Origin: Eledone cirrhosa
Taxonomy: Eukaryota
NCBI GenBank assembly: GCA_964016885.1
Contig: OZ024744.1
Span: 129,952,001 to 130,016,000, forward strand
Reading direction: 5' to 3'
DNA length: 64,000 bases
Shown piece after piece: positions 36,201 through 49,400 of the stretch. The notes below the pieces were generated by a model. It was not told the origin of the DNA, searched no databases, and saw only the letters and a list, made by a program, of their open reading frames with translations. The translations under genes and the position numbers were made by a program. Each line of letters opens with the position of its first letter. Positions within the stretch are counted from its first letter, which is position 1.

Positions 36201-39200
36201 TGGGGTTAAGTTAAGTTGGGGTTAAGTTAAGTTGGGGTTAAGTTAAGTTGATGTTAAGTTAAGTTGGGGTTAAGTTAAGTCGGGGTTAAGTTAAGGTGGG
36301 GTTAAGTTAAGTTGGGGTCAACTAAAGTTGGGGTTAAGTTAAGTTGGGGTTAACTTAAGTTGGGGTTAAGTTAAGTTGCGGTTAAGTTGGGGTTAAATTA
36401 AGTTGGGGTTAAGTTAAGTTGGGGTTAAGTTAAATGGGGTTAAGTTTAGTTTCGGGTAATTTAAGTTGGGGTTAAGTTAAGTTGGGGTTAAGTTAAGTTG
36501 GGGGTAAGTTAAGTTGGGGGTAAGTTAAGTTGGGGGTAAGTTAAGTTGGGGTTAAGTTAAGTTGGGGTTAAGTTAAGTTAGGGTTAAGTTAAGTTGGGGT
36601 TGAGTTAAGTTTGGGTTAAGTTAAGTTGGGGTTATGTTAAGTTGGGGTTAAGTTAAGTTGGGGTTAAGTTAAGTTGGGGTTAAGTTAAGTTGCGGTTAAG
36701 TTAAGTTGGGGTTAAATTAAGTTGGGGTTAAGTTAAGTTGGGATTAAGTTAAGTTGGGGTTAAGTTAGATTGTTGTTAAGTTAAGTTGGGGTTAAGTTAA
36801 GTTGGGGTTAATTTAAGTTGGGGTTAATTTAAGTTGGGTCTAATTAAGTTGGGGTTAAGTTAAGTCGGGGTTAAGTTAAGTTGGGGTTAAGTTAAGTTGG
36901 GGTTAAATTAAGTTGGGGTTAAGTTAAGTTGGGGTTAACTTAAGTTGGGGTTAAGTTAAGTTGGGTTTACGTTAAGTTGGGGGTAAGTTAAGTTGGTGGT
37001 AAGTTAAGTTGGGGGATAGTTAAGATGGGGTTAAGTTAAGTTGGGGTTAATTTAATTTGGGGTTAAGTTAAGTTAGGGTTAAGTTAAGTTGGGGTTGAGT
37101 TAAGTCGGGGTTCAGTTAAGTTGGGGTTATGTTAAGTTGGGGTTAAGTTAAGTTGGGGTTAAGTTAAGTTGGGGTTCAATTAAGTTGCGGGTAATTTAAG
37201 TTGGGGTTAAGTTAAGTTGGGGGTACGTTAAGTTGGGGGTAAGTTAAGTTGGGGTTAAGTTAAGTTGGGGTTAAGTTAAGTCGGGGTAAATTTAAGTTGC
37301 GGTTAATTTAAGTTGGGGTTAAGTTAAGTTGGGGTTAAGTTAAGTTGGGATTAAGTTAAGTTGGGGTTAAGTTAAGTTGGGGTTGAGTTAAGTTGGGGTT
37401 AAGTTAGATTGTTGTTAAGTTATTTTGGGGTTAAGTTAAGTTGGGGTTAAGTTAAGTTGGGGTTAATTTAAGTTGGGGTTAAGTTAAGTGGGGGTTAAGT
37501 TGAGTTGGGGTTAAGTTAAGTTAGGGTTAAGTTAAGTTGGGGTTAAGTTAAGTTGGGGTTAAGATAAGTTGGGGTTAAGTTAAGTTGGGGTTGAGTTAAG
37601 TTCGGGTTGAGTTAATTTGGTGTTAACTTAAGTTGGGGTTAAGTTAAGTTGGGATTAAGTTAATTGGGGTTAAGTTAAGTTGGGGTTAAATTAAGTTCGG
37701 GTTAAGTTAAGTTCGGGTTAAGTTAACTTGGGGTTAAGTTAAGTTGGGGTTAAGTTAAGTTGGGGTTAAGTTAGGTTGGGGTTAAGTTATGTTGGGGGTA
37801 AGTTAAGTTGGGGGTAAGTTAAGTTGGGGGTAAGTTAAGTTGGGTCTAATTAAGTTGGGGTTAAGTTAAGTTGGGGTTAAGTTAAGTTGGGGGTAAGATA
37901 AGTTGGGGTTAGTTAAGTTGCGGTTAAGTTAAGTTGGGGTTAAGTTAAGTTGGGGTTAAGTTAAGTTGGGGTAAAGTTAAGTTGGGGGTAAGTTAAGTTG
38001 GGGGTAAGTTAAGTTGGGGGTAAGTTAAGTTGGGGTTAATTTAAGTTAGGTCTAATTAAGTTGGGGTTAAGTTAAGTTGGGGTTAAATTAAGTTGGGGTT
38101 AAGTTAAGTTGGGGTTAAGTTAAGTTGGGGTTAAGTTAAGTTGCGGTTAAGTTAAGTTGAGGTTAAGTTAAGTAGGGGTTAAATTATGTTGGGGTTAAGT
38201 TAAGTTCGGGTTAAGTTAAGTTGGGGTTAAGTTGAGTTGGGGATAAGTTAAGTTGGGGTTAAGTTAAGTTGGGTTTAAGATAAGTTTGGGTTAAGTTAAG
38301 TTGGGGTTAAGTTAAGTTGGGGTTAAGTTAAGTTGGGGTTAAGTTAAGTTGGTTAGTTAAGTTGAGTTTAAGTTAAGTTGGGGTTAATTTAAGTTGGGGT
38401 TAAGTTAAGTTGGGGTTAAGTTAAGTTGGGGTTAAGTTAAGTTGGGGTTAAGTTAAGTTGCGGTTAAGTTAAGTTGAGGTTAAGTTAAGTTGGGGTTAAG
38501 TTAAGTTGGGGTTAAGTTAAGTTGGGGCTAAGTTAAGTTGGGGCTAAGTTAAGTTGGGGCTAAGTTAAGTTGGGGTTAAGTTAACTTTGGGTTATGTTAA
38601 TTTGGGTTTGAGTTAAGTTGGGGTTAATTAAGTTGGGGTTAAGTTAAGTTGGGGTTAAGTTAAGTTGGGGTTAAGTTAAGTTGGGGTTAAGTTAAGTTGA
38701 TGTTAAGTTAAGTTGATGTTAAGTTAAGTTGGGGTTAAGTTAAGTCGGGGTTAAGTTAAGGTGGGGTTAAGTTAAGTTGGGGTCAACTAAAGTTGGGGTT
38801 AAGTTAAGTTGGGGTTAACTTAAGTTGGGGTTAAGTTAAGTTGGGGTTAAGTTGGGGTTAAATGAAGTTGGGGTTAAGTTAAGTTCGGGTTAAATTAAGT
38901 TCGGGTTAAGTTAAGTTCGGGTTAAGTTAACTTGGGGTTAAGTTAAGTTGGGGTTAAGTTAAGTTGGGGTTAAGTTAGGTTGGGGTTAAGTTATGTTGGG
39001 GGTAAGTTAAGTTGGGGGTAAGTTAAGTTGGGGGTAAGTTAAGTTGGGTCTAATTAAGTTGGGGTTAAGTTAAGTTGGGGTTAAGTTAAGTTGGGGTTAA
39101 GTTAAGTTGGGGTTAAGTTAAGTTGGGGTTAGGTTAAGTTGGGGCTAAGTTAAGTTGGGGTTAAGTTAAGTTGGGGTTACGTTAAGTTGGGGGTAAGTTA

Positions 39201-42200
39201 AGTTGGTGGTAAGTCAAGTTGGGGGTAAGTTAAGATGGGGTTAAGTTAAGTTGGGGTTAATTTAATTTGGGGTTAAGTTAAGTTGGGGTTAAGTTAAGTT
39301 GGGGTTAAGTTAAGTTGGAGTTAAGTTAAGTTGGGGGTAAGTTAAGCTGGGGTTAAGTTAAGTTGGGGTTAAGATAAGTTGGGGTTAAGTTAAGTTGGGG
39401 TTGAGCTAAGTTGGGGTTGAGTTAATTTGGGGTTAAGTTAAGTTGGGGTTAAGTTAAGTTGGGTTTAAGTTAAGTTGGGGTTAAGTTAAGTTGGGGTTAA
39501 ATTAAGTTGGGGTTAAGCTAAGTTGGGGTTAAGTTAAATTGAGGTTAAGTTAAGTTGGGGTTAATTTAAGTTGGGGTTAAGCTAAGTTGGGGTTAAGTTA
39601 AATTGAGGTTAAGTTAAGTTGGGGTTAAGTTAAGTTGGGGATAATTTAAGTTGGGGCTAAGTAAAGTTGGGGCTAAGTTAAGTGGGGGTTAAGTTAAGTT
39701 AGGGTTGAGTTAAGTTGGGGTTAAGTTAACTTTGGGTTAAGTTAAGTTGGGTTTGAGTTAAGTTGGGGTTAATTAAGTTGGGGTTAAGTTAAGTTGGGGT
39801 TAAGTTAAGTTGCGGTTAAGTTAAGTTGAGGTTAAGTTAAGTTGGGGTTAAGTGAAGTTGGGGTTAAGTTAAGTTGGGGCTAAGTTAAGTTGGGGTTAAG
39901 TTAAGTTGGGGTTAAGTTAAGGTGGGGTTTAGTTAAGTTGGGGTCAACTAAAGTTGGGGCTAAGTTAAGTTGGGGTTCACTTAAGTTGGGGTTAAGTTAA
40001 GTTGGGGTTAAGTTAAGTTGGGATTAAGTTAAGTTGGGGTTAAGTTAGATTGTTGTTAAGTTAAGTTGGGGTTAAGTTAAGTTGGGGTTAATTTAAGTTG
40101 GGGTTAATTTAAGTTGGGTCTAATTAAGTTGGGGTTAAGTTAAGTCGGGGTTAAGTTAAGTTGGGGTTAAGTTAAGTTGGGGTTAAATTAAGTTGGGGTT
40201 AAGTTAAGTTGGGGTTAACTTAAGTTGGGGTTAAGTTAAGTTGGGTTTACGTTAAGTTGGGGGTAAGTTAAGTTGGTGGTAAGTTAAGTTGGGGGATAGT
40301 TAAGATGGGGTTAAGTTAAGTTGGGGTTAATTTAATTTGGGGTTAAGTTAAGTTAGGGTTAAGTTAAGTTGGGGTTGAGTTAAGTCGGGGTTCAGTTAAG
40401 TTGGGGTTATGTTAAGTTGGGGTTAAGTTAAGTTGGGGTTAAGTTAAGTTGGGGTTCAATTAAGTTGCGGGTAATTTAAGTTGGGGTTAAGTTAAGTTGG
40501 GGGTACGTTAAGTTGGGGGTAAGTTAAGTTGGGGTTAAGTTAAGTTGGGGTTAAGTTAAGTCGGGGTAAATTTAAGTTGCGGTTAATTTAAGTTGGGGTT
40601 AAGTTAAGTTGGGGTTAAGTTAAGTTGGGATTAAGTTAAGTTGGGGTTAAGTTAAGTTGGGGTTGAGTTAAGTTGGGGTTAAGTTAGATTGTTGTTAAGT
40701 TATTTTGGGGTTAAGTTAAGTTGGGGTTAAGTTAAGTTGGGGTTAATTTAAGTTGGGGTTAAGTTAAGTGGGGGTTAAGTTGAGTTGGGGTTAAGTTAAG
40801 TTAGGGTTAAGTTAAGTTGGGGTTAAGTTAAGTTGGGGTTAAGATAAGTTGGGGTTAAGTTAAGTTGGGGTTGAGTTAAGTTCGGGTTGAGTTAATTTGG
40901 TGTTAACTTAAGTTGGGGTTAAGTTAAGTTGGGATTAAGTTAATTGGGGTTAAGTTAAGTTGGGGTTAAATTAAGTTCGGGTTAAGTTAAGTTCGGGTTA
41001 AGTTAACTTGGGGTTAAGTTAAGTTGGGGTTAAGTTAAGTTGGGGTTAAGTTAGGTTGGGGTTAAGTTATGTTGGGGGTAAGTTAAGTTGGGGGTAAGTT
41101 AAGTTGGGGGTAAGTTAAGTTGGGTCTAATTAAGTTGGGGTTAAGTTAAGTTGGGGTTAAGTTAAGTTGGGGGTAAGATAAGTTGGGGTTAGTTAAGTTG
41201 CGGTTAAGTTAAGTTGGGGTTGAGTTAAGTTGGGGTTAAGTTAAGTTGGGGTAAAGTTAAGTTGGGGGTAAGTTAAGTTGGGGGTAAGTTAAGTTGGGGG
41301 TAAGTTAAGTTGGGGTTAATTTAAGTTAGGTCTAATTAAGTTGGGGTTAAGTTAAGTTGGGGTTAAGTTAAGTTGGGGCTAAGTTAAGTTGGGGCTAAGT
41401 TAAGTTGGGGCTAAGTTAAGTTGGGGTTAAGTTAACTTTGGGTTATGTTAATTTGGGTTTGAGTTAAGTTGGGGTTAATTAAGTTGGGGTTAAGTTAAGT
41501 TGGGGTTAAGTTAAGTTGGGGTTAAGTTAAGTTGATGTTAAGTTAAGTTGGGGTTAAGTTAAGTCGGGGTTAAGTTAAGGTGGGGTTAAGTTAAGTTGGG
41601 GTCAACTAAAGTTGGGGTTAAGTTAAGTTGGGGTTAACTTAAGTTGGGGTTAAGTTAAGTTGCGGTTAAGTTGGGGTTAAATTAAGTTGGGGTTAAGTTA
41701 AGTTGGGGTTAAGTTAAATGGGGTTAAGTTTAGTTTCGGGTAATTTAAGTTGGGGTTAAGTTAAGTTGGGGTTAAGTTAAGTTGGGGGTAAGTTAAGTTG
41801 GGGGTAAGTTAAGTTGGGGGTAAGTTAAGTTGGGGTTAAGTTAAGTTGGGGTTAAGTTAAGTTGGGGTTAAGTTAAGTTAGGGTTAAGTTAAGTTGGGGT
41901 TGAGTTAAGTTTGGGTTAAGTTAAGTTGGGGTTATGTTAAGTTGGGGTTAAGTTAAGTTGGGGTTAAGTTAAGTTGGGGTTAAGTTAAGTTGCGGTTAAG
42001 TTAAGTTGGGGTTAAATTAAGTTGGGGTTAAGTTAAGTTGGGATTAAGTTAAGTTGGGGTTAAGTTAGATTGTTGTTAAGTTAAGTTGGGGTTAAGTTAA
42101 GTTGGGGTTAATTTAAGTTGGGGTTAATTTAAGTTGGGTCTAATTAAGTTGGGGTTAAGTTAAGTCGGGGTTAAGTTAAGTTGGGGTTAAGTTAAGTTGG

Positions 42201-45200
42201 GGTTAAATTAAGTTGGGGTTAAGTTAAGTTGGGGTTAACTTAAGTTGGGGTTAAGTTAAGTTGGGTTTACGTTAAGTTGGGGGTAAGTTAAGTTGGTGGT
42301 AAGTTAAGTTGGGGGATAGTTAAGATGGGGTTAAGTTAAGTTGGGGTTAATTTAATTTGGGGTTAAGTTAAGTTAGGGTTAAGTTAAGTTGGGGTTGAGT
42401 TAAGTCGGGGTTCAGTTAAGTTGGGGTTATGTTAAGTTGGGGTTAAGTTAAGTTGGGGTTAAGTTAAGTTGGGGTTCAATTAAGTTGCGGGTAATTTAAG
42501 TTGGGGTTAAGTTAAGTTGGGGGTACGTTAAGTTGGGGGTAAGTTAAGTTGGGGTTAAGTTAAGTTGGGGTTAAGTTAAGTCGGGGTAAATTTAAGTTGC
42601 GGTTAATTTAAGTTGGGGTTAAGTTAAGTTGGGGTTAAGTTAAGTTGGGATTAAGTTAAGTTGGGGTTAAGTTAAGTTGGGGTTGAGTTAAGTTGGGGTT
42701 AAGTTAGATTGTTGTTAAGTTATTTTGGGGTTAAGTTAAGTTGGGGTTAAGTTAAGTTGGGGTTAATTTAAGTTGGGGTTAAGTTAAGTGGGGGTTAAGT
42801 TGAGTTGGGGTTAAGTTAAGTTAGGGTTAAGTTAAGTTGGGGTTAAGTTAAGTTGGGGTTAAGATAAGTTGGGGTTAAGTTAAGTTGGGGTTGAGTTAAG
42901 TTCGGGTTGAGTTAATTTGGTGTTAACTTAAGTTGGGGTTAAGTTAAGTTGGGATTAAGTTAATTGGGGTTAAGTTAAGTTGGGGTTAAATTAAGTTCGG
43001 GTTAAGTTAAGTTCGGGTTAAGTTAACTTGGGGTTAAGTTAAGTTGGGGTTAAGTTAAGTTGGGGTTAAGTTAGGTTGGGGTTAAGTTATGTTGGGGGTA
43101 AGTTAAGTTGGGGGTAAGTTAAGTTGGGGGTAAGTTAAGTTGGGTCTAATTAAGTTGGGGTTAAGTTAAGTTGGGGTTAAGTTAAGTTGGGGGTAAGATA
43201 AGTTGGGGTTAGTTAAGTTGCGGTTAAGTTAAGTTGGGGTTAAGTTAAGTTGGGGTTAAGTTAAGTTGGGGTAAAGTTAAGTTGGGGGTAAGTTAAGTTG
43301 GGGGTAAGTTAAGTTGGGGGTAAGTTAAGTTGGGGTTAATTTAAGTTAGGTCTAATTAAGTTGGGGTTAAGTTAAGTTGGGGTTAAATTAAGTTGGGGTT
43401 AAGTTAAGTTGGGGTTAAGTTAAGTTGGGGTTAAGTTAAGTTGCGGTTAAGTTAAGTTGAGGTTAAGTTAAGTAGGGGTTAAATTATGTTGGGGTTAAGT
43501 TAAGTTCGGGTTAAGTTAAGTTGGGGTTAAGTTGAGTTGGGGATAAGTTAAGTTGGGGTTAAGTTAAGTTGGGTTTAAGATAAGTTTGGGTTAAGTTAAG
43601 TTGGGGTTAAGTTAAGTTGGGGTTAAGTTAAGTTGGGGTTAAGTTAAGTTGGTTAGTTAAGTTGAGTTTAAGTTAAGTTGGGGTTAATTTAAGTTGGGGT
43701 TAAGTTAAGTTGGGGTTAAGTTAAGTTGGGGTTAAGTTAAGTTGGGGTTAAGTTAAGTTGCGGTTAAGTTAAGTTGAGGTTAAGTTAAGTTGGGGTTAAG
43801 TTAAGTTGGGGTTAAGTTAAGTTGGGGCTAAGTTAAGTTGGGGCTAAGTTAAGTTGGGGCTAAGTTAAGTTGGGGTTAAGTTAACTTTGGGTTATGTTAA
43901 TTTGGGTTTGAGTTAAGTTGGGGTTAATTAAGTTGGGGTTAAGTTAAGTTGGGGTTAAGTTAAGTTGGGGTTAAGTTAAGTTGGGGTTAAGTTAAGTTGA
44001 TGTTAAGTTAAGTTGATGTTAAGTTAAGTTGGGGTTAAGTTAAGTCGGGGTTAAGTTAAGGTGGGGTTAAGTTAAGTTGGGGTCAACTAAAGTTGGGGTT
44101 AAGTTAAGTTGGGGTTAACTTAAGTTGGGGTTAAGTTAAGTTGGGGTTAAGTTGGGGTTAAATGAAGTTGGGGTTAAGTTAAGTTGGGGTTAAATTAAGT
44201 TCGGGTTAAGTTAAGTTCGGGTTAAGTTAACTTGGGGTTAAGTTAAGTTGGGGTTAAGTTAAGTTGGGGTTAAGTTAGGTTGGGGTTAAGTTATGTTGGG
44301 GGTAAGTTAAGTTGGGGGTAAGTTAAGTTGGGGGTAAGTTAAGTTGGGTCTAATTAAGTTGGGGTTAAGTTAAGTTGGGGTTAAGTTAAGTTGGGGTTAA
44401 GTTAAGTTGGGGTTAAGTTAAGTTGGGGTTAGGTTAAGTTGGGGCTAAGTTAAGTTGGGGTTAAGTTAAGTTGGGGTTACGTTAAGTTGGGGGTAAGTTA
44501 AGTTGGTGGTAAGTCAAGTTGGGGGTAAGTTAAGATGGGGTTAAGTTAAGTTGGGGTTAATTTAATTTGGGGTTAAGTTAAGTTGGGGTTAAGTTAAGTT
44601 GGGGTTAAGTTAAGTTGGAGTTAAGTTAAGTTGGGGGTAAGTTAAGCTGGGGTTAAGTTAAGTTGGGGTTAAGTTAAGTTGGGGTTAATTTAAGTTGGGG
44701 TTAAGCTAAGTTGGGGTTAAGTTAAATTGAGGTTAAGTTAAGTTGGGGTTAAGTTAAGTTGGGGATAATTTAAGTTGGGGCTAAGTAAAGTTGGGGCTAA
44801 GTTAAGTGGGGGTTAAGTTAAGTTAGGGTTGAGTTAAGTTGGGGTTAAGTTAACTTTGGGTTAAGTTAAGTTGGGTTTGAGTTAAGTTGGGGTTAATTAA
44901 GTTGGGGTTAAGTTAAGTTGGGGTTAAGTTAAGTTGCGGTTAAGTTAAGTTGAGGTTAAGTTAAGTTGGGGTTAAGTGAAGTTGGGGTTAAGTTAAGTTG
45001 GGGCTAAGTTAAGTTGGGGTTAAGTTAAGTTGGGGTTAAGTTAAGGTGGGGTTTAGTTAAGTTGGGGTCAACTAAAGTTGGGGCTAAGTTAAGTTGGGGT
45101 TCACTTAAGTTGGGGTTAAGTTAAGTTGGGGTTAAGTTAAGTTGGGATTAAGTTAAGTTGGGGTTAAGTTAGATTGTTGTTAAGTTAAGTTGGGGTTAAG

Positions 45201-46480
45201 TTAAGTTGGGGTTAATTTAAGTTGGGGTTAATTTAAGTTGGGTCTAATTAAGTTGGGGTTAAGTTAAGTCGGGGTTAAGTTAAGTTGGGGTTAAGTTAAG
45301 TTGGGGTTAAATTAAGTTGGGGTTAAGTTAAGTTGGGGTTAACTTAAGTTGGGGTTAAGTTAAGTTGGGTTTACGTTAAGTTGGGGGTAAGTTAAGTTGG
45401 TGGTAAGTTAAGTTGGGGGATAGTTAAGATGGGGTTAAGTTAAGTTGGGGTTAATTTAATTTGGGGTTAAGTTAAGTTAGGGTTAAGTTAAGTTGGGGTT
45501 GAGTTAAGTCGGGGTTCAGTTAAGTTGGGGTTATGTTAAGTTGGGGTTAAGTTAAGTTGGGGTTAAGTTAAGTTGGGGTTCAATTAAGTTGCGGGTAATT
45601 TAAGTTGGGGTTAAGTTAAGTTGGGGGTACGTTAAGTTGGGGGTAAGTTAAGTTGGGGTTAAGTTAAGTTGGGGTTAAGTTAAGTCGAGGTAAATTTAAG
45701 TTGCGGTTAATTTAAGTTGGGGTTAAGTTAAGTTGGGGTTAAGTTAAGTTGGGATTAAGTTAAGTTGGGGTTAAGTTAAGTTGGGGTTGAGTTAAGTTGG
45801 GGTTAAGTTAGATTGTTGTTAAGTTATTTTGGGGTTAAGTTAAGTTGGGGTTAAGTTAAGTTGGGGTTAATTTAAGTTGGGGTTAAGTTAAGTGGGGGTT
45901 AAGTTGAGTTGGGGTTAAGTTAAGTTAGGGTTAAGTTAAGTTGGGGTTAAGTTAAGTTGGGGTTAAGATAAGTTGGGGTTAAGTTAAGTTGGGGTTGAGT
46001 TAAGTTCGGGTTGAGTTAATTTGGTGTTAACTTAAGTTGGGGTTAAGTTAAGTTGGGATTAAGTTAATTGGGGTTAAGTTAAGTTGGGGTTAAATTAAGT
46101 TCGGGTTAAGTTAAGTTCGGGTTAAGTTAACTTGGGGTTAAGTTAAGTTGGGGTTAAGTTAAGTTGGGGTTAAGTTAGGTTGGGGTTAAGTCATGTTGGG
46201 GGTAAGTTAAGTTGGGGGTAAGTTAAGTTGGGGGTAAGTTAAGTTGGGTCTAATTAAGTTGGGGTTAAGTTAAGTTGGGGTTAAGTTAAGTTGGGGGTAA
46301 GATAAGTTGGGGTTAGTTAAGTTGCGGTTAAGTTAAGTTGGGGTTAAGTTAAGTTGGGGTTAAGTTAAGTTGGGGTAAAGTTAAGTTGGGGGTAAGTTAA
46401 GTTGGGGGTAAGTTAAGTTGGGGGTAAGTTAAGTTGGGGTTAATTTAAGTTAGGTCTAATTAAGTTGGGGTTAAGTTAAG
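36070..46480 (+). repeat. Tandem duplication of a ~5.3-kb composite unit (second copy lacks 176 bp = 11 monomers near 44670)
   Basis: TAAGTTTAGTTTCGGG 36441/41725 gives 5,284. GGGGGATAG 37011/42311 and AATGAAG 38861/44161 give 5,300. GGGGGATAG 40291/45415 gives 5,124. Confidence 0.82.
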
Positions 46481-49400
46481 TTGGGGTTAAATTAAGTTGG
46501 GGTTAAGTTAAGTTGGGGTTAAGTTAAGTTGGGGTTAAGTTAAGTTGCGGTTAAGTTAAGTTGAGGTTAAGTTAAGTAGGGGTTAAATTATGTTGGGGTT
46601 AAGTTAAGTTCGGGTTAAGTTAAGTTGGGGTTAAGTTGAGTTGGGGATAAGTTAAGTTGGGGTTAAGTTAAGTTGGGTTTAAGATAAGTTTGGGTTAAGT
46701 TAAGTTGGGGTTAAGTTAAGTTGGGGTTAAGTTAAGTTGGGGTTAAGTTAAGTTGGTTAGTTAAGTTGAGTTTAAGTTAAGTTGGGGTTAATTTAAGTTG
46801 GGGTTAAGTTAAGTTGGGGTTAAGTTAAGTTGGGGTTAAGTTAAGTTGGGGTTAAGTTAAGTTGCGGTTAAGTTAAGTTGAGGTTAAGTTAAGTTGGGGT
46901 TAAGTTAAGTTGGGGTTAAGTTAAGTTGGGGCTAAGTTAAGTTGGGGCTAAGTTAAGTTGGGGCTAAGTTAAGTTGGGGTTAAGTTAACTTTGGGTTATG
47001 TTAATTTGGGTTTGAGTTAAGTTGGGGTTAATTAAGTTGGGGTTAAGTTAAGTTGGGGTTAAGTTAAGTTGGGGTTAAGTTAAGTTGGGGTTAAGTTAAG
47101 TTGATGTTAAGTTAAGTTGATGTTAAGTTAAGTTGGGGTTAAGTTAAGTCGGGGTTAAGTTAAGGTGGGGTTAAGTTAAGTTGGGGTCAACTAAAGTTGG
47201 GGTTAAGTTAAGTTGGGGTTAACTTAAGTTGGGGTTAAGTTAAGTTGGGGTTAAGTTGGGGTTAAATGAAGTTGGGGTTAAGTTAAGTTGGGGTTAAATT
47301 AAGTTCGGGTTAAGTTAAGTTCGGGTTAAGTTAACTTGGGGTTAAGTTAAGTTGGGGTTAAGTTAAGTTGGGGTTAAGTTAGGTTGGGGTTAAGTTATGT
47401 TGGGGGTAAGTTAAGTTGGGGGTAAGTTAAGTTGGGGGTAAGTTAAGTTGGGTCTAATTAAGTTGGGGTTAAGTTAAGTTGGGGTTAAGTTAAGTTGGGG
47501 TTAAGTTAAGTTGGGGTTAAGTTAAGTTGGGGTTAGGTTAAGTTGGGGCTAAGTTAAGTTGGGGTTAAGTTAAGTTGGGGTTACGTTAAGTTGGGGGTAA
47601 GTTAAGTTGGTGGTAAGTCAAGTTGGGGGTAAGTTAAGATGGGGTTAAGTTAAGTTGGGGTTAATTTAATTTGGGGTTAAGTTAAGTTGGGGTTAAGTTA
47701 AGTTGGGGTTAAGTTAAGTTGGAGTTAAGTTAAGTTGGGGGTAAGTTAAGCTGGGGTTAAGTTAAGTTGGGGTTAAGATAAGTTGGGGTTAAGTTAAGTT
47801 GGGGTTGAGCTAAGTTGGGGTTGAGTTAATTTGGGGTTAAGTTAAGTTGGGGTTAAGTTAAGTTGGGTTTAAGTTAAGTTGGGGTTAAGTTAAGTTGGGG
47901 TTAAATTAAGTTGGGGTTAAGCTAAGTTGGGGTTAAGTTAAATTGAGGTTAAGTTAAGTTGGGGTTAATTTAAGTTGGGGTTAAGCTAAGTTGGGGTTAA
48001 GTTAAATTGAGGTTAAGTTAAGTTGGGGTTAAGTTAAGTTGGGGATAATTTAAGTTGGGGCTAAGTAAAGTTGGGGCTAAGTTAAGTGGGGGTTAAGTTA
48101 AGTTAGGGTTGAGTTAAGTTGGGGTTAAGTTAACTTTGGGTTAAGTTAAGTTGGGTTTGAGTTAAGTTGGGGTTAATTAAGTTGGGGTTAAGTTAAGTTG
48201 GGGTTAAGTTAAGTTGCGGTTAAGTTAAGTTGAGGTTAAGTTAAGTTGGGGTTAAGTGAAGTTGGGGTTAAGTTAAGTTGGGGCTAAGTTAAGTTGGGGT
48301 TAAGTTAAGTTGGGGTTAAGTTAAGGTGGGGTTTAGTTAAGTTGGGGTCAACTAAAGTTGGGGCTAAGTTAAGTTGGGGTTCACTTAAGTTGGGGTTAAG
48401 TTAAGTTGGGGTTAAGTTAGATTGTTGTTAAGTTAAGTTGGGGTTAAGTTAAGGTGGGGTTTAGTTAAGTTGGGGTCAACTAAAGTTGGGGCTAAGTTAA
48501 GTTGGGGTTAACTTAAGTTGGGGTTAAGTTAAGTTGGGGTTAAGTTGGGGTTAAATTAAGTTGGGGTTAAGTTAAGTTGGGGTTAAGTTAAATGGGGTTA
48601 AGTTAAGTTTCGGGTAATTTAAGTTGGGGTTAAGTTAAGTTGGGGTTAAGTTAAGTTGGGGGTAAGTTAAGTTGGGGGTAAGTTAAGTTGGGGGTAAGTT
48701 AAGTTGGGGTTAAGTTAAGTTGGGGTTAAGTTAAGTTGGGGTTAAGTTAAGTTAGGGTTAAGTTAAGTTGGGGTTGAGTTAAGTTGGGGTTAAGTTAAGT
48801 TGGGGTTATGTTAAGTTGGGGTTAAGTTAAGTTGGGGTTAAGTTAAGTTGGGGTTAAGTTAAGTTGCGGTTAAGTTAAGTTGGGGTTAAATTAAGTTGGG
48901 GTTAAGTTAAGTTGGGATTAAGTTAAGTTGGGGTTAAGTTAGATTGTTGTTAAGTTAAGTTGGGGTTAAGTTAAGTTGGGGTTAATTTAAGTTGGGGTTA
49001 ATTTAAGTTGGGTCTAATTAAGTTGGGGTTAAGTTAAGTTGGGGTTAAGTTAAGTTGGGGTTAAGTTAAGTTGGGGTTAAATTAAGTTGGGGTTAAGTTA
49101 AGTTGGGGTTAAGTTAAGTTGGGGTTAAGTTAAGTTGGGTTTACGTTAAGTTGGGGGTAAGTTAAGTTGGTGGTAAGTTAAGTTGGGGGATAGTTAAGAT
49201 GGGGTTAAGTTAAGTTGGGGTTAATTTAATTTGGGGTTAAGTTAAGTTAGGGTTAAGTTAAGTTGTGGTTGAGTTAAGTCGGGGTTCAGTTAAGTTGGGG
49301 TTATGTTAAGTTGGGGTTAAGTTAAGTTGGGGTTAAGTTAAGTTGGGGTTCAATTAAGTTGCGGGTAATTTAAGTTGGGGTTAAGTTAAGTTGGGGGTAC

